Positions 36,685 through 50,002 of a stretch of DNA of 64,000 nt are shown piece after piece (the first letter of the stretch is position 1; the number at the start of each line of letters is the position of its first letter). Origin of the DNA: Basidiobolus meristosporus CBS 931.73 (Eukaryota; Fungi; Basidiobolomycota); the NCBI GenBank assembly GCA_002104905.1, contig MCFE01000129.1, positions 1 to 64,000 on the forward strand. Direction: 5' to 3'. Made by a program: the position numbers and the translations under genes. The notes beneath the pieces were generated by a model. It did no database searches and was not told the DNA's origin. It saw only the letters and a program-made list of their open reading frames with translations.

Positions 36685-37065
36685 TGTGTGAGTACTAAAT
36701 GTAGAACCCACTCTTTGCCCAAGACTTCTCCCCAGAATCCTACACAAAGTCCCCCAGTATCCTCCATATAATTCCCCCACACGCCCTCCCTCCTATTCCT
36801 GCCCTTATCTAGTTAAAACACTTACCATAATAGGAAGGTACTCACACCCCTATTTTATAACACATTTTCTATTATCTAAGCCCCCCCAAGTGATATATAT
36901 ATACCTATCCAATTGAACCAAGTGAAAGCACAGGAAGATTTGGATGGAATAAACACAAGTCTTTATTACTTTGTTACCTTCTATTGGGAGCTACTCTGAA
37001 TCAAGTTGTACTGACGTGACCTACAAGCTCTCCCACTCACAAAGTATAGTCAGTAATAGCCCACG
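36685..37065. repeat. Solo LTR-like insertion (family D, ~381 bp) with CAAT duplication
   Basis: Starts TGTGTGAG, ends CCCACG, has TATATATA and AATAAA, and interrupts H2 ORF2. Confidence 0.6.
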
Positions 37066-37822
37066 CAATGGAGCAGGCCAAGATGCGTCAACAAGCAGCA
37101 TCACATAAAACTCAGCCAAGGGCAATGCCAGCGCATCAAGTTGCATCTGCGCATGCCATTACACCTGACCATCAGCAAGTTTCTTCTAGTGAACTGACTG
37201 ATGATGACCCACATGAAGTGCCTCCACTACCAGAGCCTTTGGCCAGTCAAAGAACACGTCAGCATGTAGCACTGCAGGCCGGCTCAGTTGCATCATCTGG
37301 AGCAATTCAGTGCGGTTAAGCAGCAGTATTGAACTCATCAACTAGGAGGCAAAATACTGACTACAAATATACAAGTAGCCAAGAGAATAGTCAACAAGAA
37401 AGTAGCTTAGGTGTGCAAAGTGAATCACTACCAAATGCTTCAGTAGTAATCCCTGTGAGAAAGCAGCCTAGGAGAAGATGATGCAATTGCATTGAATTGC
37501 TATTATTTGTAATGATCCAAACAATGCATTTTTTTTGCAATCCACATTGAGCCATTGCAAATCAGTGATCACCAAACTTTTGATATAAGCAATATCAAGG
37601 TTTCTCACATCTGAGACAGGACCCCTATAAATAAACTCCCTGCATATGTATACATCTTTTGTGACACCAGTGTGGCCATTTGATCTGATTTGCACCCATT
37701 CAATTGGTTGCGTGCTAGCTATGACACCTTGTCCAATCACTAGGATCAGGGATTTACTTGCTCAATGGGCAAAATGGGATATTTGATGGCAAATCAGGTA
37801 GCGTTTTGGGCCCCTGTAAAAG

Positions 37823-40800
37823 CAGCTAATTTTTATCACTGCCAGATCCTTCACTGCTACTTTGACTGGGTATTTCTTGAGTAGTACTACACTTTTTCCT
37901 TGATAAATGTAGTGCTGGTGTATCTGTGTCTGCCTGCTTGTCCGTAATTGGCACTCTTCCAGCTACCTGATGCCTCTTTAATGCTTGTCTGGAGTTCTCA
38001 ACCCTGCTTACAACAGGCTCTTGAGGAAGCAGTGTGACAGGGTAAACATACCTCCCACAGACAAGTTTACTCATATAGTCATTATGATATACTAATCCAT
38101 ATTTAACCTTATCAGTATTATCCCATTCTTGTTTTGCCCATATTATCAGTATTGTCCCCATATGACATTTACCCTGATTAGTTATTAGTATTAGTTATCC
38201 CAGATGTTATTCAGCTCTGTAATCAGCATATGTATCTACATAAGGCAAGTACCCACATCAGTACCTGTGACACATGACCTAAGTCTGTGTTACCATCCCT
38301 ACTATTTCAATACCATATGTAGTATTTCTATATTGCACAGGTTTCAGACTACTGATTCCTGATTGGTTGGATGTGCTGTGCCTTTTAGAACCTTCTAGGA
38401 CATTCTTGGCATATTCTCAGCTCATAGTGATGTCATCAAGAGTTCCACTAATACCTAGAATCTTCAAGAACCTTGTCATTAGTAATCACTGGCAATCAGG
38501 AAAAGCACTTAAGGGAAAGCAATCCCTCATCAATAAATCATCCCTTCTATCAGTAACACTTCTACTTTATTGATTAGCAGTTGATCACTGCACCTGCCTT
38601 CAACAGTACATCTCAGACCTGCCATCAAGGAGCTTTTCAGGGTAGTGCACAAGACACACAGAGGCCTTTGGAGACACTTGGAGCACCTAGGAAGCTAGAG
38701 AAGCAGGAGCTTTTACCATAGTGACATATTGACAAAGACGCCAGCACTTTAGCCACAGAGGTTATTGCACCCATTAGACACCTCACACACCTTGGGTTGT
38801 GTAGCTTCTCCCAGGAGTACCTCTACACCACCACAGCGGCTGGTTTTTAGCCATGGCACCCTTGTTTTGCTGCCTTGAATAGTTTCTGCTATTCCTAACA
38901 TACCTTCTTAGCATACCAATGCTGGCCCAAAATCTATTTTCCCATTTGAATCAATGATTATGCTCATGGAACAAGTCAGGTGCATTCTGCTTGGCCTTGA
39001 GTTCCTGATGTTCCTATGGTACGCCAGCCTTAAGGTGATGGCATGCTAGACTTCTGACTGCCTCTTGTATATTAGCCCACTCTTCATTATTGCACACAAT
39101 GGCTTCACAGAACTTCAATGTCTTTTGACTTTTAGGCTTTGGTATAACCACTACATTGTCTCCCTCTCACGCTGTGATAGGTTTTTCTGTGGGCTTTATC
39201 TTTGGGCACTGTTGATGTGCTTCAAAGACTGTACGGTGTTCCTCTGCTGTTACATTGGGAAATGACTCAATTGTTGGCTGTAACATTTAGCTACTTGAGT
39301 TCCCACTTTGCAGCAAAGATACTGCTTTCTCTACCTGGGATATTGATTGCTCTACACATATTATCCACTCATCCAGTTTCTGGACTATTTCCTGATTTCT
39401 CTGGGCCATTGCATCTATCCTATCAGCCACTGCAATTAGTTGCTTCACTAATGCTTTGGTATGAGCTGACAATATACTTGCCAATATGTGTGGTGGTGAT
39501 ATTATCATGGCCACTTACTGGTCTTTGACTGAGGGGTCTGCACTTGCTACATTCTCATCTGCCTGAGCATGACAGTCAGCTTGTGGCTCTGCAGAGGTTC
39601 TCAAATCCCTGCTTGACTGAGCACCTGTGGAGTCCACATTATTACCTTCAATGGGCACACTGTCCACAGGGCCTTTTTGGATGTAGCCCTGCTTGTTGCA
39701 CTGAATGTCAAAGCAGGCTGTTGTCCAACTGTTCTTCTGTTGCCATCAGCAGTGGGCTTTGGTTGGGAACCATACAATTTTGCTTTATTTTCTGGTGGCA
39801 TAAATATGGAAGTAAGTCAAACCAATGGGGAAATAGTATTACATATACGTGTGTATGTGGTGCCACAACTTTACTTATAATGCTAGCTATGGCATGTCAT
39901 CATTGAATTTTACATTCATGTAGGTGCAATGATTCAAACACAACACTGTCTTAAGTTCACATGAGTATAGACAAAAAAGTGATATAATAGTGGTACATTG
40001 TTGAGTATCACAACTTTTGCCTCCTGGACAAGACTACTTTGACTTAACTTTGTAAGAGAAGAGAAAAAAACCCTGTGGCTATTGTAGCAAGCCTATCAGC
40101 CATGAGAAAGCACCTGGGGAAAAAAAGCCAAGGATACTTTATGGAATGAAGTGAGCCCAGTAACCCATCTACTGGTGAATGATTTAATGTTGTGTCTAGA
40201 GAAGTGGCATAATTCCACCAATATCAGTAATGGGGGCCTTGAGTAAATAATACTACTTCTTGCCAAAATCATCCCAGGATGCAACTTACCATTTACATAG
40301 CACAAATTGACAGCCTTCATGTGGCTGGCAATATATGTCCCAGAGACTGTCCTGATACCAGCATGTGTTAACAGTTGCACAGCACTCACATTAGAAAAGC
40401 TACCATTGCAAGGTGTCCAACTAGTTAGATATCCACCCCCATTAGGGGAAAACATTGCTCTTACTCCAGCTATATTCCAGGCATACCCTGTCTGAAGAAG
40501 CTAATGCAATCCAGCAAATATTGTGAAGATATAGAATACTGCACCCAGTATCAATCAATTGCAAACATATCTGATATATTCCATGGCCAACATTACAAAT
40601 AGCTAAGAAGCAAGGACTACTTAGAAGGTATGAATGACAATGTCTTTGCCAAGGCACTTGATAGAATTGCATTGCACAAGTACTCTACCAGCAAATCCTG
40701 CTGGCCATATAATCTCATCAACCTGAATCTACTGCCTAACTTACAGTATCAGAGCAGAAATCTGTTGGTAGACTCACTGGTATCTGGGCCTATATTGTGG

Positions 40801-41496
40801 TCCAACCTGGATAGTTACCTGTATCCATTGCTGGATAAATTTATATACTTTCCAGCAAGATACTACTCAATGGCCATCATATCAAAGCACATATTTTTAT
40901 TTGCTTTGGAGATACCCCAGCCATCCAACAGATGTCACGCTTTTCTGGGCTCAATAGATGGTATTGCTGTTTAATGTGTGAGATCCTGGTGACATACCTC
41001 AAAACTCACACACATCATTATTACCCAAGTACCAACACTAAGAACATCATCTTGCTGCAGAGAGGACAAACAGAAGTGAGCATTCAACTGCAGCAAAGTT
41101 GGCAAGTTATAAGCAATTAGTTGGAATATGGAGTTAATCAGAAACCAGATATACTTAAGATAGAGGGTATTTATTGGGGCAGAGGCTTTCCATTGGGAGC
41201 AATGCATTTGCTTGTTAACAGTACCCCTATATTAACAACCAAGCTGTACATGGGGCATTTCAAGCTAAATGAACACTTTGAGATACCAGAGAAATTTGAA
41301 TGACTTGGCAAGATATTCTGGAGTATCCCCTACCCTAAGTACTTCCCACAGGCTACAATTAACATTCATACACATATACAACAATACAAGTGCAAGGACT
41401 GGATGAACTGGATATGTATTTAATCAAGGGGCCTTCTGAAGCAACTTCTAACGTGAGTATATTAAGAGCATTGAAAGTCATATTTGGGCATTGTGG
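37823..41496. mobile_element. CACTA-like element copy: accessory gene (-, to 39801) and transposase (+, from ~40080), truncated
   Basis: MPPENKAKLYG start. KYSTSKSCWPYNLINLNLLP..SLVSGP..NLDSYLYPLLD in ORF 40630-40974. Confidence 0.8.
38033..38835. repeat. Solo LTR family B (B2, 803 bp); 4-bp TSD GCAG/GCGG
   Basis: TGTGACAG...CCACCACA termini. The host accessory gene rejoins (cf. ~55060-55090). Confidence 0.85.
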
Positions 41497-44400
41497 TGTT
41501 CTAAGAGTCTTGGGGATATTGGAAGTGATTGGGAGAACAAGTAGATTGTGTAGTTTTCACTTAATGATTTATTGGATGTAAAAGTAGTATTTTGTACTTT
41601 TACATGGTCTTGGCATTACAAACACTTAGAATAGGTTAAGGAAGGTCCCAAGAACATGTGTGCAAAGCTTGGGGCTGCTTGGACAACTCAGAGAATTTTC
41701 ATGTTCTGGGTACCTGGTATTTTGGTGCAAATATTTGAAGTAAATCCCAACAAGGAACTTGGTCAGTATACTCTAGGATTTGAAGGTAGTAATCTAAGTG
41801 ACTAAGTTAGGTGAATATTTAGGTGGAATTACAAATTTTTGCAACATTTCTACCAAGCAAAATGTTCATACTGACTAGTCCAAATTTTGACCTAAGATAT
41901 TCAAACTTGTCTCTAGCTAATGGTTTTGTAAATATATCTGCAATCATTTCATCTGAAGGACAGTAAGCTAAGCTAATTAAGTTATTCTCTATAGCTTCAC
42001 ATTTGAAATGATGTCTAATATCTATGTGCTGAGCTCTAGCATGAAAAGTTGAACTTCTACCAAATTGTATACATCCTTGATTATTTTGAAATAAAGTATT
42101 AGGCGTTTTTTGGCATAGGCCTAAATCTGCAAAAAGCTTTCTTGGCCACATTGCTTCTTTTGTAGCTTCACAGGCTGCCATATACTCTGCTTCTTTGGTA
42201 GAAAGTGCTACAGTTGGTTGCTTTGTTGAGTTCCATAAAATTGCTCCTTCACAGTAAAGAAAGGTGTATCCTTTGGTAGATCTTCTCTAAGTGTTCTACA
42301 AGATCCTGTTCTGAATCCTTTTAAGTGTATGTTAAGCAGATATCAGCAGATCTTTTTAGTTATCTAAAGATCCGCTGAACTGCTGCAATATGATCAGATC
42401 CATAGATCTGATTATGTTGGCTGACAACTCCCACTGAATATCATATATATGAGCGTGTTTCAAGCATGATATACATCAGACTGCCGGCCATAGAGTGATA
42501 AGGAAAGTCAAGGCTTTCAGATGGCACCAAGCTCTCTTGATTTGGTTGAGTTTTGACCAAGTCAAGGTTTGTTTCTTCCATTTTCCATAGTACTTCTTTA
42601 GTATATATTGAATATACTTGGATTGGCTTAGGGTATTAGTCTGCGTACTTCTGTCTATAGAGAACTTATTTCCTAAGCAGTAACTGAGCTCTCCTAGATT
42701 AGACATCTTGAACTCCGTAGATAGCTGGATTTTGTGTCTTCCAATGTTTCAAGGTTATTGGTGGCAGTAATAAGATCATCCACATATAAAGCTTATAGAA
42801 CTGGATTTGCTCTATCTGGCTTATAGTATATACTATTGTCATTATTACTCCTTTGGAAATTCAGAGATTCCAAATAAGAATCTACCTTGCAATTCCAGGC
42901 TTTTGGTGATTGTTTGAGACCATATAGTGACTTTTTAAGCTTGCAGACCAAATGGGGGTTACCTTGGTCAGCACACCCATCCGGCCAGTCAATATACAAC
43001 TCCTCAGCAAGTTCTTCATTCAAAAATATAGTTTTTATATCCATTTCATGTATAAAGAAATTGTATATGGCTGCAATAGCCAATATGAATCTAGTGGAAT
43101 TAAGCTTGGCTACTGATGCAGAGGTCTCAGTATAGTCTAGTCCATTTGTTGGAGAGCATCCTTTGGACACAAGTCTTGCTTTGTATCTTTCAATTGTACC
43201 AGCAGCCTTGTATTTTGTCTTAAAGACCCATCTGCATCCAATTGATTTTTGGTTGATTAGTAATTTGACTAAGTCCCTAGTTTGATTTTCCATCAGGGCC
43301 TGATATTCCTCAGTCATTGCAGATCTCCAATACTTTGTCTGAGGGCTATTTAGGGCCTCTTTTACATTCTGGGGCTCATCAATATGGACTGAATAGGCAT
43401 AGGCCAAGTTTGTACCCTCATTGATATAGTAATTGAGGTAATTTCTTGTCTGAATGGATTACCAGGCATTTGATACAGCAATGATCTCTTCTGGGATATT
43501 CCTGGGCACTGATACTGGCTGAACCACAGTTGTAGAGCTCTCTGAAGTGAAAATATCTTCATTGTTTGGCTTTGTATCAATGCTAACAATTGGTGGACTT
43601 GAGATCAGATTTTTGTCATCATCTGATGTTCTTTTTTGTGGAAATATTGAATTTTCTTGAAATAACACATCCTGGGACTTGAATAGCTTCTATGCTTTAG
43701 TATTATACAGTCTGTATGCTTTACTCTCATTGCAGCAACCCAAAAACATGCGCTTTAGACTTTTTGGCTCAAATTTTGACTGATTTCCAGACAGTTTCTT
43801 GGCATATGGTGTACACACAAAAATTTTGAGATGTTCTGCACTTGTTCTGTACCTATACCGTGCTTCAAATGGAGTAGAGTCATGAGGTATTCTGCTATAA
43901 CTCCTACTTTTAGAGTATACAGCAGTGGCAACTGATTCCGCCCAAAAATCATAGGATAATTTTTGATCATAGATTATAGATCTTGCCATATCAACTTTTG
44001 ACCTGTGAGCATGCTCTGCTACTCCATTTTTTTGTGGGGAGTATGGTACAGTGGTCTGTTGCTTGATCCCATGAACTTTGCAGAAGTGGATAAAGAGTGT
44101 TGAGGTGTATTCTCCACCATTGTCAGAGCGCATTTTCTTAATTTTTTCACCAGTTTCTCTCTCCACCATGGCTTTAGACTCCCTGAGCTTAGACAGATCT
44201 TCTTCCTTTCTTTCCATGAAGTAGACCCATGTGTATCTTGTATAATCATCAATAAAAGTGATTAAATACTTTATCCTGCCTAAGGATAAATTTTGCATAG
44301 GTCCACACAGATCTGAGTGAATTAGAACTAATTTTTTCTTAGTTATAGTTAAACCAGAGCTCTTGCACAGTTGTCTGGCTTGCTTCCCATATATGCAGGC

Positions 44401-45022
44401 TTCACAGTGCTCCAAATTAGCTGGGGGATCAACTTTTACTCCAGAAATTAACTGATCTTTGATCATTTTGCGCAAATAATCAGAACTGATGTGTCCAAAT
44501 CCCCTGTGCCAAAGCATTGGTGTTTATTCATTTATGTTACTTATACTGGCTTCCAAATATGATGAAATATAAGTCAGCTTGTATAGGATGTGATCTCTTA
44601 TACCCAAATCAATATGGATACCATTTTGAACAGTGATCCTGCATTCAGAATTGTCAAAGCTGAAACTGAGTCCTTCTGCTGTAGCTTTGCTTACAGATAG
44701 TAGGTTCTTGGCTATATCTGATACATAGAGTACTTCTTTAAGAGTCAGTGTATGGCTTCCTTCACTGCTTCTTAAGTTTACTTGGATAGTTCCTTCTCCC
44801 ACTGAATCAAGTGTTCTATTGTCACTCATGAAAACATTCTGAATTGGAATTTCTTGATGTTGGGTAAAAAGTTTTTTTTGGTGTGTAAAGTGTTGAGATG
44901 CTCCAGAGTCAATATACCACATCTGAGAGTCCTTGTTTGTGGTCATATATAGTGCAGATATGAATAGTCTATCATCTGTTGTTGCAGCATTTCCATATTA
45001 AGGCATCTTTTGCTGATTATCT

Positions 45023-48000
45023 TGTTGTAAAAATTCATATTTCCACCTAAATATTGACCTACCTTAGTCACCTAGATCATCACCTTCAAATCCTAGAGAA
45101 TACTGACCAAATTCCTTGTTGGGATTTACTTAGAATATTTTTCACCAAAATGCCAGGTACCCAGAACATGAAAATTCTCAAAGTTGTCCAAACAGCCCCA
45201 AACTTTGCACACATGTTCTTGGGACCTTCCTCAACCTATTCTACATGTTTGTAATGCCAAGACCATGTAAAAGTACAAAATACTACTTTTACATCCAATA
45301 AATCATTAAGTGAAAACCACATGATCTACTTGTTCTCCAAATCACTTCCAATATCTCCAAGACTCTTACAACAGGTTATGAGCCCCAAGCTGTCACTCTC
45401 CGCAATGTCTACTACTGCTATTACTGGAATTTTTCCCTCTGCTGAAAAGTTGGATGGCTCTAACTACCAAGTGTGGAAGGTGAAGATGAAGATGCTGCTA
45501 CAAGAAAGAGGCCTTTGGGATATTATCATGGGAGAAGAATGCCCTCCTAAAAACGTGGGAGAGGAAGCCTTAAAGTACCAGAAGAAAGAACAAAGTGCCT
45601 TTAACTGCATTTGCCTTAATGTCAAGGACAAATTGCAAATTCAATGCTCAAGAGCAAAAACAGCAAAGAATGCCTGGAAGGCATTAGAAGACACCTACCA
45701 GTCATGTTCAGCTGCCAAGAAAATGTGTCTGAGAAGAAAATTCTTTACTACAAAGATGCTGCCAGGAGAAGAAATGAAAAATCTAATTAACAGAATTACC
45801 CTGCTGGTAGATGAGATGGAATCTGTGGGCATACCAACTACTGATGAGGATGTGATAGTTACCATCCTGAATAGCCTGACAGATGGGTTTCAGGGTCTTG
45901 TATTAGCCCTAGAGTCCAGAACTGAAGATTTGACCTTAAATTACGTATATGGAAGGCTCCTGGATGAAGAATTAAGAAAATCAAGCGCCAATAAGAAGGA
46001 AGAAGAAAATGCTTTAATAAGCAATGATAACCAACAAAGAAGGTACCCAAGACCCTACAAAGGCAATAGCAACCTATTTTGCAACTACTGCAAAAGGAAA
46101 GGACACACATCAGACCGGTGTTTCAAAAAGAGAGATTATCAGCAAAAGAAGCCTGAATTTGGAAATGCTGCAACAACTGAAGATAGACTATTCATATCTG
46201 CACTAAATATGAGCACAATCAAGGATTCTCAGACGTGGTATATTGACTCTGGAGCTTCTTAACACTTTACACACCAAAAAGAACTTTTTACCCAATATCA
46301 AGAAATTCTAATTAAGAAGGTTTTCATGGGTGACAATAGAACACTTGATGCAGTGGGAGAAGGAACTATCCAAGTAAACCTAAGAAGCAGTGAAGGAAGC
46401 CATACACTGACCTTTAAAGAAGTACTCTATGTACCAGAAATAGCCAAGAACCTACTCTCTGTAAGCAAGGCCACAGCAGAAGGACTCAGTTTCAGTTTTG
46501 ACAATTCTGGATGCAGGATCACTGATCAAAATGGTGCTCATATTGCTTTGGGCATCAGAGATCAGAATCTATACAAGTTGACTTATATTCCATCATATCT
46601 GGAAGCCAATATAAGTAACTTAAATGAAGAAACATCAATGCTTTGGCACAGGAGATTTGGACACATCAATTTTGATTATTTGCGCAAAATGATCAAAGAT
46701 CAGCTAATTTCTGGAGTGAAAATTGATCCCCCAGCTAATTTGGAGCACTGTGAAGCCTGCATATATGGGAAACAAGCCAGACAACCGTTCAAGAGCTCTG
46801 GGTTAATCAAAACTAAGAAAAAATTAGATCTAATTCACTCAGATCTGTGTGGACCTATGCAAAATTTATCCTTAGGCAGGATAAAGTATTTAATCACTTT
46901 TATTGATGATTATACAAGATACACATGGGTCTACTTCATGGAGAGAAAGGAAGAAGCTCTGTCTAAGTTCAGGGAGTTTAAAGCCATGGTGGAGAGAGAA
47001 ACTGGTGAAAAAATCAAGAAAGTACGCTCTGACAATGGTGGAGAATATACCTCCAAACACTTCATCCACTTCTGCAAAATTTATGGGATAAAGCAAGAGA
47101 CTACTGTACCATACTCCCCACAGCAAAATGGAGTAGCAGAACTAGCTAACAGATCAATAATTGATATGGCAAGATCTATGATCCATGATCAAAAATTATC
47201 CTATGATTTTTGGGCGGAATAAGTTGCCACTGCTGTATATCTTAAAAATAGGAGTTATAACAGAATAGTTTGTGATTCTACTCCATTTGAAGCATGGTAT
47301 GGATACAGACCAAGTGCAGAACATCTAAGAATATTTGAGTGTACAGCATATGCCAAAAAACTGGCCGGAAATCAGTCAAAATTTGAGCCAAAAAGTGTAA
47401 AATGCATATTTTTGGGCTACTGCAATGAGAGTAAGGCATACAGACTCTACAATACCAAAGCAAAGAAGCTGATCAAGTCCAGGGATGTGTTGTTTGATGA
47501 AAATTCAAAATTTTCACAAAAAACGACATCAGATGATGACAAAAATTTGATCTCAAGTCCACCAATTGTCAGGATTGAATCAGAGCATAACAATGAAAAT
47601 TTTTTCACTCCAGAGGACTCTACAACCGTGGTTCAGCCAGAATCAGTGCCCAGGAATATCCAAGAAGTGATCAATCCAGTATTAAATGCCCGGAGATCCA
47701 ATTGGACAAGAAATAGCCCAAATTACTATATCAATGAGGGTACAAACTTAGCCTATGCCTATTCAGTCCATATTGATGAACCCCAGACTGTAAAAGAAGC
47801 CCTAAATAGCCCTCAGACAGCGTTTTGGAGATCTGCAATGACTGAGGAATATCAGGCCCTGATGGAAAATCAAACTTGGGACTTAGTCAAATTACTAATC
47901 AACTAAAAATCAATTGGATGCAGATGGGTCTTCACAACAAAATACAAGGCTGATGGTACAATTGAAAGATACAAAGCAAGACTTGTAGCCAAAGGATACT

Positions 48001-49710
48001 CTCAAACAAAAGGACTTGACTATACTGAGACCTTTGCACTGGTAGCCAAGTTTAATTCCATCCGATTAATATTGGCTATTTCAGCCAAATATAAGTTTTT
48101 TATTCATCAAATGGATGTAAAAACTACATTTTTGAATGCAGAATTTGATGAGGATGCGTATATGGACCAGCCTGATGGGTTTGTTGACCAAGATAACCCC
48201 CACTTGATCTGCAAGCTTAAAAAGTCACTATATGGTCTCAAACAATCACAAAGAGCCTGGAATTGCAAGATAGATTCTTATTTGGAATCCTTGAGTTTCA
48301 AAAGAAGTAATGCTGACTATAGTATATACTATAAGCCAGATAGAGCAAATCCAGTTCTATTAGCTCTATATGTCAATGATCTTATTATAGCCGCCAATAA
48401 CCTAGAAACATTGGAAGAGACTAAATCCAGCCTATCTAAGGAGTTCAAGATGTCTGATTTAGGAGAACTTAGTTACTACTTAGGGATTAAGTTCTCCATA
48501 GACAGAAGTACCCAGACTATTACCCTAAGCCAATCCAAGTATATCCAAGATATACTAAAGAAGTACCAAATGGAAGACTGTAAACCAGCAGCCACCCCAA
48601 TGGAGACAAACCTTAACTTGGTCAAAACTCAAGCAAATCAAGAGAGCTTGGTGCCATCTGAAAGCCCTGACTTTCCTTATCAATATATGGTTGGCAGTCT
48701 GATGTATATCATGCTTGGAACATGTCCAGATATCTCATATTGAGTGGGAGTTGTCAGCCAACATAATCAGAATTATGGATCTGATCATATTGCAGCAGTT
48801 AAGCGGATTTTTAGATACCTAAAAGGAACTGCTGATATCTGCTTAAGATACACTTATAAGGATTCAGAACAGGATCTTGTGGGATACACTGATGCAGATT
48901 GGGGACAAAATTTAGAAGACAGAAGATCCACCACAGGATACACTTTTCTTTACTGTAAAGGAGCAATTTCATGGAATTCAAGAAAGCAACCAACCGTAGT
49001 ACTTTCCACCACAGAGGCAGAGTATATGGCAGCCTGTGAAGCTACAAAAGAAGCAATGTGGTTAAGAAAGCTATTTACAGATTTAGGCCTATGTCAAAAA
49101 ACGCCTATTACTTTATTTCAAGATAATCAAGGATGTATACAATTAGGTAGAAATCCAACTTTTCATGCTAGAACCAAGCACATAGATATTAGACATCATT
49201 TCACACATGAAGCTATAGAGAATAACTTAGTTAGCTTAGTTTACTGTCCTACAGATGAAATAATTGCAGTCATATTTACCAAACCATTAGCTAGAGACAA
49301 GTTTGAATATCTTAGGTCAAATTTAGGACTAGTCAGTATGAACATTTAGCTGAGTGGGAGTGTGGTAAAAATTTGTATTTCCACCTAAATATTCACCTAA
49401 CTTAGTCACCTAGATCATCACCTTCAAATCCTAGAGAATACTGACCAAATTCCTTCTTGGGATTTACTTAGAATATTTTTCACCAAAATGCCAGGTACCC
49501 AGAACATGAAAATTCTCAAAGTTGTCCAAACAGCCCCAAACTTTGCACACATGTTCTTGGGACCTTCCTTAACCTATTCTACGTTTTTGCAATGCCAAGA
49601 CCAGGTAAAAGTATAAATACTACTTTTACATTCAATAAATCATTAAGTGAAAACCACATAATCTACTTCTTCTCCAAATCACTTCCAATATCTCCAAGAC
49701 TCTTACAACA
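45023..49710 (+). mobile_element. Full-length copia insertion (4688 bp; LTRs 45023-45373 and 49361-49710; TSD TATCT)
   Basis: TATCT at 45018-45022 and 49711-49715. LTRs are roughly 95% identical by eye. PBS GGTTATGAGCCC 45374-45385, purine tract GAGTGGGAG 49352-49360. gag-pol 45378-49349 has several stops. Confidence 0.97.
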
Positions 49711-49729
49711 TATCTGACTTTTTGAGGCA

Positions 49730-50002
49730 CAGGTGCCATGTCATCTATGCCATTATCCCCAGCACCATTGCTGTGCCTCATCCCACAACCCCATTAGTAT
49801 TAGCCAATATATCTCAGCATCAGTGCAGCCAAAGAGTATATATAGTCCTATCCCCCTTAGTATTCATCAGTCTGATAAACGCAGGTCTTGAATAAACAGC
49901 CTTGCCTTGGAAATCCACCTTGCCTTGCTGATCCACACCTAAGTCCTTACCTGGTCCTGCCTTGCCTAGCCCTACTCTCCCACCTTGTGTCTATTCATAA
50001 CA
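49730..50002. repeat. 3' half of a family C LTR
   Basis: Close match to ~28320-28593, ending TCATAACA. The 5' half and adjacent copia gag sequence are deleted. Confidence 0.85.

Larger units (their letters stand above)
29131..37807 (-). mobile_element. Harbinger/ISL2EU-like element H2 (outer copy; right end lost; contains nested insertions)
   Basis: Degenerate terminus TAAAGTTGTTC. Decayed DDE gene ~29290-30273 (-). ORF2 starts 30687 (+) and resumes at 36250. ORF3 37468-37740 (-). Confidence 0.75.
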
